The notes under the pieces are model-generated. The model made no database searches. It had not been told where the DNA came from and worked only from the letters and a program-made list of their open reading frames with translations. Below are positions 8,116 to 15,396 of a stretch of 64,000 nucleotides of DNA, piece by piece. Origin of the DNA: an uncultured Candidatus Saccharibacteria bacterium (GTDB lineage: Bacteria; Patescibacteriota; Minisyncoccia; UBA6257; 1-14-0-10-44-23); the NCBI GenBank assembly GCA_964394435.1, contig CAYMXN010000003.1, forward strand, positions 635 through 64,634, in the 5' to 3' direction. Each line of letters starts with the position of its first letter. Position 1 is the first letter of the stretch. The position numbers and the translations under genes are program-made.

Positions 8116-9102
8116 ATGGAGTCAGGGTTTTGGAAAAAATTAAAACCACCAATTTTTGCGTTAGCGCCGATGGCCAATGTTACCGACGCGGCTTTTCGCC
8201 GCATCATCGCAAAATATGGCGCCCCCGATGTATTCTGGACCGAGTTTGTTTCGGTCGAGGGGCTGCTCTCGCGCGGGCGGGAAAAGCTCTTGGTAGATTT
8301 TTGGTATACCGAAGAAGAGCGTCCGATTGTCGCGCAGATTTTTGGTGGCAAACCCGAGCAATTCGCTGAAGTGGCCAAACTGTGCCGTGAGCTCAAGTTT
8401 GATGGCATCGATATTAATATGGGGTGTCCGGATAGTGGCGTAGAGAAGTCGGGTGGGGGTGCGGCGCTGATAAAAAATCCAAAACTCGCGCAGGAGATTA
8501 TTAAGGCGACGATGACTGCTGGATTGCCGGTTTCAGTAAAAACCCGTATCGGTTATAACAAAGAAGAGATTGATTCGTGGATCCCGGCGATTCTTGAGAC
8601 TAAGCCGGCGGCACTTACTGTGCATATGCGTACGCGCAAAGAGATGAGCGCAGTCCCTGCGCATTGGGAGTTAATGCCACGCGTAAAAGCCCTGCGAGAC
8701 AAACATAGTCCAGAGACGGTACTCTTGGGTAATGGCGATGTGTATACGCTTGCCGATGGGCGAGTTAAAACAAAGGAGTATGGTATCGATGGCGTGATGA
8801 TCGGCCGGGGAATATTCGGTAATCCGTGGTTGTTTCGTAGCGAAGAAGGGCAACCATACCTTCCAGCCATCGAAGAGAAGCTCGCCGTCTGTCTCGAACA
8901 CACAAAATTATTTGAAAAATTATACGGCGAAGGTACGGGCGCAGATGGTGGTCGCCTCAAACCTTTTGACGTGATGAAAAAGCACTACAAGGCGTATATC
9001 AACGGGTTTCCCGCCCGCGCAGGTAGGGATGGTGCGAAGGAGTTGCGAGCTAAGTTGATGGAGGCGAAAGATGTTAGCGAGGTTGAGAAGCTTTTGAAGT
9101 AA
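8116..9102 (+). CDS. dus: tRNA-dihydrouridine synthase
   Basis: LAPMANVTDAAFRRI...IDINMGCP...VKTRIG...GNGDV...GVMIGRGIFGNPWLF, the canonical Dus TIM-barrel signature. Confidence 0.9.
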   Translation: MESGFWKKLKPPIFALAPMANVTDAAFRRIIAKYGAPDVFWTEFVSVEGLLSRGREKLLVDFWYTEEERPIVAQIFGGKPEQFAEVAKLCRELKFDGIDINMGCPDSGVEKSGGGAALIKNPKLAQEIIKATMTAGLPVSVKTRIGYNKEEIDSWIPAILETKPAALTVHMRTRKEMSAVPAHWELMPRVKALRDKHSPETVLLGNGDVYTLADGRVKTKEYGIDGVMIGRGIFGNPWLFRSEEGQPYLPAIEEKLAVCLEHTKLFEKLYGEGTGADGGRLKPFDVMKKHYKAYINGFPARAGRDGAKELRAKLMEAKDVSEVEKLLK

Positions 9103-9239
9103 GGGGTAGATAAACGAGAGTTTTTATCCCCATCTTTAGAAGGGCTCTGTTTCGCGCGAGCATCGGATGTGGTACCCTAAGAGAGGTTTCAAAAAATCCT
9201 CCCACCTGGTCCTTAACAACCAACGCGGAGGATTTTTTG

Positions 9240-9590
9240 ATGAATACGGTAGAACCCGATGGTGATGTGGAGGTGTGGGTGCGGCGGCTGATGTCTGGGG
9301 AGATGAAGTTTCGATCGCCTCGAGGCTGGCGTGCTGTCGATGGTAGGCTTTGGAAGCTTAAGCCGTACGCTTGGCTAAGGGGAGTGTTGGCGCGCATAAG
9401 TGCTCGACTCGCTGTGCTACCGATCCCGAAGCCATACGCCATATACCACAACGCGATGGGTTTCCTGCTCTGTCTCTGGGAGGGTGATAGTGGATACGTG
9501 TGCACCAACATCATGATTCCCGGGACAAAGATCGAGCTTCTTCTGCATATGCACGACAATCGAGTAGTCGGCATTAAAGTGTGGGAGTAG
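9240..9590 (+). CDS. Hypothetical protein (116 aa)
   Basis: GGAGGA lies 8 nt upstream of the ATG at 9240. The gene is followed by the hairpin+T-run terminator at 9606-9645. No recognisable motif. Confidence 0.4.
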   Translation: MNTVEPDGDVEVWVRRLMSGEMKFRSPRGWRAVDGRLWKLKPYAWLRGVLARISARLAVLPIPKPYAIYHNAMGFLLCLWEGDSGYVCTNIMIPGTKIELLLHMHDNRVVGIKVWE

Positions 9591-9605
9591 TCTCGCACTC
9601 GTTTT

Positions 9606-9645
9606 GCGGCGATCGTCTAACGGTCGCCGCATTTTCATTTTCTTT
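9606..9645 (+). terminator. Rho-independent terminator (convergent pair, plus side)
   Basis: GCGGCGATCG-tctaa-CGGTCGCCGC followed by ATTTTCATTTTCTTT. Confidence 0.55.
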
Positions 9646-9655
9646 ATAAGTAAAT

Positions 9656-9691
9656 AAAAAATCGCCGATGCACGCAGGGTGCGCATCGGCG
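9656..9691 (-). terminator. Rho-independent terminator (convergent pair, minus side)
   Basis: AAAAA then CGCCGATGC-11 nt-GCATCGGCG. On the minus strand the hairpin is followed by a U-run. It sits 3' of gene 9700..9900. Confidence 0.55.
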
Positions 9692-9699
9692 GAAACAGA

Positions 9700-9900
9700 C
9701 TACGGGTTCGGGAAGAGCTCCGGGTGGTCGGTCAGGCACGTGTAGTGCCGCTGACCTTCGAAGGGGGAGCGGAGAACCACGCGCGTCGGAGCGGCGCCGC
9801 GGGGTTCGGTCTTGAAGAGGACTTCCGCTCCCGCCCGGGCCATGTCGATGCCGCTACCCTCGGTGATGGTGATCGGGTGTTCACGCGAACCGTCTTCCAT
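9700..9900 (-). CDS. Hypothetical small protein (66 aa)
   Basis: GGAGG lies 6 nt upstream of the ATG at 9900. The gene ends at the terminator. Sequence: MEDGSREHPITITEGSGIDMARAGAEVLFKTEPRGAAPTRVVLRSPFEGQRHYTCLTDHPELFPNP. Confidence 0.4.
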   Translation of the reverse strand: MEDGSREHPITITEGSGIDMARAGAEVLFKTEPRGAAPTRVVLRSPFEGQRHYTCLTDHPELFPNP

Positions 9901-9989
9901 AGGAATCCTCCAGGAGAAAAGGACCTCAACGAGTGTAAGCCAAATGTGCCAAAAAGAAAAGTGCCCAGCGCCACCTTGGTGGCGCTGGG

Positions 9990-10238
9990 CTAATCGTCTC
10001 GAGAACTGGAGTTCGGGAGACGAAGAATCGGAGCGGGAGGCTGCTTGGGCGGGTATCGCTCATCGGGGTGGGGAAAGTTCCGATCGCAATCCATACAGTA
10101 CGTTCGCCAACCCCAGAAGCGATTTCCCTCGATCGTGTAGCAGTGCGTGCACTCCGGTTCGTTGTTCGTAATGAAGATCCGTCGGAAGAAGATCGCGTAC
10201 AACCTCCTTCCCCAAACGCGGAAAAAGAATCTCATCAA
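9990..10238 (-). CDS. Small zinc-ribbon-like protein (ECTHC...14 aa...YCMDCD), Trp/Arg/Phe-rich N-terminus
   Basis: A CxxC-x14-CxxC pair. GGAGG lies 8 nt upstream of the ATG. Moderately GC-rich. Confidence 0.4.
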   Translation of the reverse strand: MMRFFFRVWGRRLYAIFFRRIFITNNEPECTHCYTIEGNRFWGWRTYCMDCDRNFPHPDERYPPKQPPAPILRLPNSSSRDD

Positions 10239-10340
10239 GTATCCTCCGGGAACTTATAATAATCTATCTGTGCACATCTGTCGATATAAAAACACCCAAG
10301 GCGCTCGTGGTGAGCATCTTGGGTGCGGAGTTTTCGTAAG

Positions 10341-10661
10341 CTATCGCTTTTGCCAGGTAATTTCCTGAATGAAATATTTGGCGTTGTCAGGAATAAAGCT
10401 CCAGACAATCAGCGGCATCTCTCCTTGGTGTTGTAGGTTGAGCAGGGCTTCGCGCCACTCTCTATCGCGCATCCGCTTTCCTTCAAGCAAGCCAGCTTGG
10501 AGTCCTTCTTCATAGCCGTTCGCTTGGCCACGAGCTTCAGCCTCTCGCTCTTTCGTAGTGAGCTCCCAATAGGTGTACTGTTTGCTGTAATCTTTGTGCT
10601 CGCAGGCATAGGAGCTGAAGAGCATACCCCAGAAAAACGCCACAATCGTCGCTACGCGCAT
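10341..10661 (-). CDS. Small secreted protein (signal peptide then charged helical region)
   Basis: MRVATIVAFFWGMLFSSYACEH... signal-like N-terminus, then an EREAEARGQANGYEEGLQAGLLEGKRMRDREWREALL helical segment. Confidence 0.4.
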   Translation of the reverse strand: MRVATIVAFFWGMLFSSYACEHKDYSKQYTYWELTTKEREAEARGQANGYEEGLQAGLLEGKRMRDREWREALLNLQHQGEMPLIVWSFIPDNAKYFIQEITWQKR

Positions 10662-10754
10662 AGGTGTCTCCAGAAAGTTCTATCCCCAACCTAGCAAAAG
10701 CTCAATATTTCCGCAAATAAAAATCCCGCTGAAATCATTTGATCGCAGCGGGTA

Positions 10755-10967
10755 CTAATCGGTACTTCCGTCAGACGCTTCGCAGTCGCAGAATTGGCCT
10801 TGCGTGAACATGTTGCAGCACGCTTGGTGCCAACTGGGCGGACCATATGGCCAGCGCTCGGGTGGTAGGTTTGGCTTCAGCTGTGATCCTCCAGGGATTT
10901 GATAGTCGTCGTCGCGCGGACCAGTCCAGCGCAACGGATTACCACTCCCAGCTGTCGAATTTTGCAT
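10755..10967 (-). CDS. Small Gly/Pro/Trp-rich protein with a C-terminal Cys cluster (ACCNMFTQGQFCDCEASDGSTD)
   Basis: ORF on the same strand as its neighbours, with no signal peptide. Coding status uncertain. Confidence 0.25.
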   Translation of the reverse strand: MQNSTAGSGNPLRWTGPRDDDYQIPGGSQLKPNLPPERWPYGPPSWHQACCNMFTQGQFCDCEASDGSTD

Positions 10968-11066
10968 TAAGCACCTCCAGCCTCAACATATCAAACGAGT
11001 ACTAAAATGTAAAACCCGCCCAAACCATTCGGTCGGGGCGGGCGCGCGAAGGATGGTGTGTCGGAG

Positions 11067-11501
11067 CTAGTCCGTGCACTCCATCTTGAAGAAGGAGAAT
11101 ATTACCCATGTGGTCAGGATGGTTGTCGCGGTAATCGTGATCCATGTGGGTGGCGACCAGAAGCCAACTCCGGCAACGAATCCAATACAACCAACGATCA
11201 TTAAGGCGATCCCCGCAAGGCCGTGGATTACATGGACGAAACGGTTGGTTTCTGCGTGATTTCGATCATTGGAATTGTGATCTTTCAGCTCGCCTCGACT
11301 CCATTTTAGCAAGTAATAACCACCGATCATGCTGGCTGCGCTCACGAGAAGGCAGAGCAGGTCGAGCCCGATCTGAGCAGGCCTCGAGGTGGCCGGTATC
11401 ACTTTATGGATGATGGGAATGAGCGGCGTCCCCATGACGATAATGACGTAGAGTGCGAAGAATACTGCGGTTCGCAGAGAATCAACCTTAGCCTTGGTCA
11501 C
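11067..11501 (-). CDS. Integral membrane protein (about 4 TM), hypothetical
   Basis: Four hydrophobic helices (FFALYVIIVMGTPLIPII, LLCLLVSAASMIGGYYLL, IHGLAGIALMIVGCIGFVAGVGFW, ITATTILTTWVIFSFF). Confidence 0.5.
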   Translation of the reverse strand: MTKAKVDSLRTAVFFALYVIIVMGTPLIPIIHKVIPATSRPAQIGLDLLCLLVSAASMIGGYYLLKWSRGELKDHNSNDRNHAETNRFVHVIHGLAGIALMIVGCIGFVAGVGFWSPPTWITITATTILTTWVIFSFFKMECTD

Positions 11502-11580
11502 GTGTTTTCTCCAGAGAAGGGTCAGCCCTCAACCTAGCAAATCCCTTTCTTTTCGGCAATCTTCGGGCGATAATAGGCGT

Positions 11581-14500
11581 ATGAGTTTCGAGCAGCAGCT
11601 CAAAAAACTAAACAAAGCCCAGCGGGAAGCGGTCGATACGATCGAGGGCCCGGTAATGGTGGTTGCGGGCCCGGGTACGGGTAAAACCCAGGTGCTGACT
11701 TTGCGTATCGCGAATATCATCAAGCAAACTGATACGCCTCCTGAAAGTATTTTAGCGTTGACATTTACCGAGTCCGCGGTGGCGGCGATGCGCAAACGAT
11801 TAGTGGAGGTGATGAGTGTTTCGACTCGAAGCACTACACAGCGTGATGCAGGCGGAGAGGCGTATCGCGTTTCGATCAAAACCATTCACGGGTTTTGTAA
11901 CGATATTATCCAAGACTATCCGGAAGAGTTTGCCGCAATCGCCGGAGCGACCAATATCACCGAGGTCGAACAGATTGATCTGATGCGCGAACTGCTTGAT
12001 GCCGGCGAATACGAACTCCTCCGTCCATTTGGCGACCCATACCGCAATATCAGAGATATCCTTGGTGCGATTGGCGACTTAAAACAAGAGGGCGTGCTGC
12101 CGGAAGATTTTGAGAAAATAGTGAAGGCCGAACAAAAACAATTCGACCTGATCGAAGATTTGTACAATGAGAGCGGGGCGTATAAAGGAAAGATGAAGGG
12201 TAAGTATCAGACCTTACAAAAACAAATCGCTAAGCACGCTGAAATCGCGCGCGTGTATACGGCGTATCAAAAAGAGCTCCGCAAACGGAAAAGCTATGAC
12301 TACGACGATATGGTGGTCGAGGTCGCTAAGGAGCTCGAGACAAACGAATCGCTTCTTTTGACCCTCCAAGAAAAGTACTTGTACGTATTAGTCGACGAGC
12401 ATCAAGATACCAACTCGAGTCAAAATAAAGTCATCGAACTTCTCGCAAGCTACGACGAACATCCAAACTTATTTGTCGTAGGTGATGAAAAGCAGGCGAT
12501 TTATCGTTTTCAGGGTGCGAGCGTAGAAAACTTTACCTACTTCCAAACGAAATTTAAAAAAGCCAAAATAATCGCGCTCACTGAAAACTATCGTTCACAC
12601 CAAACAATTCTTGATGCCGCCGTCGATGTCGCGCTCGGCAAAGGTCCGCTCAATGCAAACGTAAGTCATACGACTAAACCAATCCAGTTAGTCGCGCTTA
12701 GCCAGCCCGATGGCGAGCAGTACTTTATCGCGAGCGATATCAAAGAAAAAATAGAAAAGGGAGTAGCCCTCGAAGAAATCGCTGTGCTGTATCGAACTAA
12801 TAGCGATGCGGCTCCAATCGCCCGTATCTTAGAAAAGATGGGTGTTCCATTTGCCGTACAGTCTGATGAAGATGTGCTTGAGGATGATGATATGAAAAAG
12901 GCGCTGTGTCTGCTCGAGGCGGTGCGCGATTTTGGCCATGACTACGCTCTCGTCCCAGCTCTCTATATCGACTTCCTCGCCATCGCTCCGCTTGATGTCG
13001 CGCTCTTGCTCGAAGCCGCGCGCATGCAACGTTCAAAGATATTCCCGCTTGTTCGCGATCCAAAGATTCTCGAGCGCATTATCCCGCACTCTGGACGGAA
13101 AGTATTTGAGCTGTATCAAAAGCTCTCCCTCTGGAAGGCGATGAGTAAAAACCGCAACCCCGTTGAAGTCTTTGAGGCGATCGTGCGCGACAGTGGCTTA
13201 GTAAGTCATCTGCTCAAACTTCCAAACGCACAAGAAAAGCTGGCTAAGCTCCACGCACTATTTGATGAGCTCAAGAGTCTCGTGCGCAGTAAGCACAAGA
13301 CCACGCTCGAAGATTTTTTAAACCACCTTGAGATTATCCGTGAGCACCGCATTCGCATAAAAGCAAAAATCGCTGGTGCAAAACCATCCGCCGTTTCATT
13401 AATGACCGCTCACCGAGCGAAAGGGCTCGAGTTTGAGTACGTCTATATTACGGGTGCGACGCTCGGCCACTGGGGGAGTCGGCGCAACCGTGATTTTGTA
13501 AAATTGCCCGAAGCGATTTACTTCCGCTCGGGGATGGCTAAAGTAGAAGCGTCTACAGAAACCTCGAGCGAGCAAGGCGAAGAGGACGAGCGCAACTTAT
13601 TCTATGTCGCCCTTACTCGTGCGAAAAAAGAGGCGTATATAAGCTACGCAAAGAAAAATATCGATGGTAAAGATGAGCTCGTGAGTGAGTTTGTTTCAAG
13701 TATCCGCCCCGAGCTTATCGAGCAGGTAAAAACCGAAAAGATTGAAGCAGCGTTTGCTGCGCATCGCGACATCGAGTTTGTCGCCACGCCACAGCCGGAA
13801 AAGAGTACGACTGACGCCGCGTATCAAGAGTTTCTACAAAAGCGTTTTAAGGAAAAGGGGCTTTCAGTTTCTGCACTTAATACCTATCTCCGCTGTCCGC
13901 AGCAGTTTTTGCTCGTACATCTCGTTGGTATCCCCGAGGCGCCGAGTAAGTTTCTGCAATATGGAAACGCGGTCCACGCCGCACTGAAGTTTTTAAGCGA
14001 CAAACGAAAAGAGGGCGTCACCAAGGCGCAGGTAAGCAAGGTATTTCAAAACGCACTGAAGCGCGAGCCAATCAACGAGCGCGACTTAATAGACTTATTA
14101 AAGAAAGGCGAAAAAGCCCTCGGCAGTTATTACGACCGCAACTATAAAGCCTGGCCAGTTAACTCACTCGCCGAACAGTCAGTCTATGGCGTGCAAGTGG
14201 GTGATGTAGAACTCAAAGGTAAAATCGACCGCATTGATATTAATGAAGACGGCACCGCAACGGTTATCGACTATAAGACGGGCAAGGTAAAGAGCAGAAA
14301 TGAAATCGCAGGGACAACGAAAGATGCTGACGGCGATTACTATCGTCAGCTCGTGTTCTATAAGTTATTACTCGAGAAGAGCGGTAAATATCAGGTGAAG
14401 GAGGGGGCGATCGACTTTGTCGAGGCCGACGCGAAGGGGAAGTTCCACAGAGAAATCTTCGCCCCGTCCGACAAGGAGGTTGCCGACCTTGAGGAGCTGA

Positions 14501-14586
14501 TTAAAGAAGTCGCTCAAAAAATCCTCGCTGGGGAGTTTGAGGGGTGCGGCGAAAAAGATTGTAAATATTGCGAGCTCGCTTTATAA
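11581..14586 (+). CDS. UvrD/PcrA-family SF1 helicase fused to a C-terminal Cas4/AddB-like PD-(D/E)xK nuclease with an Fe-S Cys cluster
   Basis: Walker A AGPGTGKTQV, motif II LVDEHQDTN, FVVGDEKQAIYRFQGA, helicase motif VI-like ...LFYVALTRAK. C-terminal nuclease: CPQQF...GKIDRIDINEDGTATVIDYKTGK...YYRQLVFYKLLL...EGCGEKDCKYCEL. The ATG at 11581 (MSFEQQLKKLNKAQREAVD) is preferred over the track's TTG at 11494. Confidence 0.85.
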   Translation: MSFEQQLKKLNKAQREAVDTIEGPVMVVAGPGTGKTQVLTLRIANIIKQTDTPPESILALTFTESAVAAMRKRLVEVMSVSTRSTTQRDAGGEAYRVSIKTIHGFCNDIIQDYPEEFAAIAGATNITEVEQIDLMRELLDAGEYELLRPFGDPYRNIRDILGAIGDLKQEGVLPEDFEKIVKAEQKQFDLIEDLYNESGAYKGKMKGKYQTLQKQIAKHAEIARVYTAYQKELRKRKSYDYDDMVVEVAKELETNESLLLTLQEKYLYVLVDEHQDTNSSQNKVIELLASYDEHPNLFVVGDEKQAIYRFQGASVENFTYFQTKFKKAKIIALTENYRSHQTILDAAVDVALGKGPLNANVSHTTKPIQLVALSQPDGEQYFIASDIKEKIEKGVALEEIAVLYRTNSDAAPIARILEKMGVPFAVQSDEDVLEDDDMKKALCLLEAVRDFGHDYALVPALYIDFLAIAPLDVALLLEAARMQRSKIFPLVRDPKILERIIPHSGRKVFELYQKLSLWKAMSKNRNPVEVFEAIVRDSGLVSHLLKLPNAQEKLAKLHALFDELKSLVRSKHKTTLEDFLNHLEIIREHRIRIKAKIAGAKPSAVSLMTAHRAKGLEFEYVYITGATLGHWGSRRNRDFVKLPEAIYFRSGMAKVEASTETSSEQGEEDERNLFYVALTRAKKEAYISYAKKNIDGKDELVSEFVSSIRPELIEQVKTEKIEAAFAAHRDIEFVATPQPEKSTTDAAYQEFLQKRFKEKGLSVSALNTYLRCPQQFLLVHLVGIPEAPSKFLQYGNAVHAALKFLSDKRKEGVTKAQVSKVFQNALKREPINERDLIDLLKKGEKALGSYYDRNYKAWPVNSLAEQSVYGVQVGDVELKGKIDRIDINEDGTATVIDYKTGKVKSRNEIAGTTKDADGDYYRQLVFYKLLLEKSGKYQVKEGAIDFVEADAKGKFHREIFAPSDKEVADLEELIKEVAQKILAGEFEGCGEKDCKYCELAL

Positions 14587-14722
14587 CGTGCTTCGCAATT
14601 CGGTATAAAAAACGGCGCGCTAGGTGCGTAAGATGTGAGGATACTTTACAAAAATCAGTATTTGTATTATATTATGTGGACTTCTCGCGGGGTAGTCTCG
14701 TGAGATGTGGAGCGTCTAAACG

Positions 14723-15211
14723 ATGCGAAAGTTCCTGACGGTGTTCTGTTTGCTCGCGGTTGTCGTGGGTGTGGCCTACGCCGCTGGCGGGTTCGACCAG
14801 TGGGGCTACAACGACCAGGCTCGGGTCTTCAATGGCCCGGCCGACGGCGTGGACCGCAACAACGACGGGCTGATGTGGGGCGATCCCACGTACGCCAACG
14901 ACAAGCTGAACATGAAGTGGTCCGAGGACTGGATCCGCGGCAACGACGAGGGCTGGACCAACCCGCCCTACGCCGACGCCTGGACGTCCAACCACTGGAA
15001 CGGCAAGGTCAAGAACGGCTCCGGCGAGACCTGGCAGTACAAGATCGTCTGGGTCGGCCCGGAGCTCTCGGCGAGCACGTACTGGCGTCCGGGTGGCTAC
15101 GCCATCTGGGGGCAGTTCGAGGTGATCATGAGCCACGGCACGGTGGCCAACGAGCACTTCTGGGACGCGCACGCGCGGCCCACCGGCTACGGCTGGAACG
15201 GCGGCAACTAG
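14723..15211 (+). CDS. Secreted Trp/Asn/Gly-rich hypothetical protein encoded by a very GC-rich, GC3-biased gene
   Basis: Signal peptide MRKFLTVFCLLAVVVGVAYAAGG. Nearly every codon ends in C or G (GGC/GAC/AAC/TAC/CTG), unlike the flanking genes. ORFs open in all frames and on both strands over this patch are the usual high-GC artefact. Confidence 0.55.
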   Translation: MRKFLTVFCLLAVVVGVAYAAGGFDQWGYNDQARVFNGPADGVDRNNDGLMWGDPTYANDKLNMKWSEDWIRGNDEGWTNPPYADAWTSNHWNGKVKNGSGETWQYKIVWVGPELSASTYWRPGGYAIWGQFEVIMSHGTVANEHFWDAHARPTGYGWNGGN

Positions 15212-15396
15212 GCAGCACTCGGCGTGTAAAGCGCTTCAGCGAAAGGGGCAACCCTTTATGGCTGGATCCTTCGGGGTCCAGTCATTTTTAATTTACAGCA
15301 CCAACTCTGGAAAATATTGCGGTGTTTTGGGTGGGGATAATTTAAGCAGGGGCGAGGGGTATACTTAAAGCATATCTGTCGGAGAAAACTTTCGGT

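Noticed and set aside
9732-9974. 80-aa minus-strand ORF overlapping 9700..9900 in another frame
   Set aside because: Pro/Ser/Arg-rich junk composition. The competing frame has a GGAGG-6-ATG start and ends at the terminator.
14672-15291. Long ORFs on both strands overlapping the GC-rich gene (14672..15172 minus; 14707..15291 plus)
   Set aside because: Stop-codon depletion is typical of high-GC DNA. Only the 14723..15211 frame has a signal peptide and a sensible composition.
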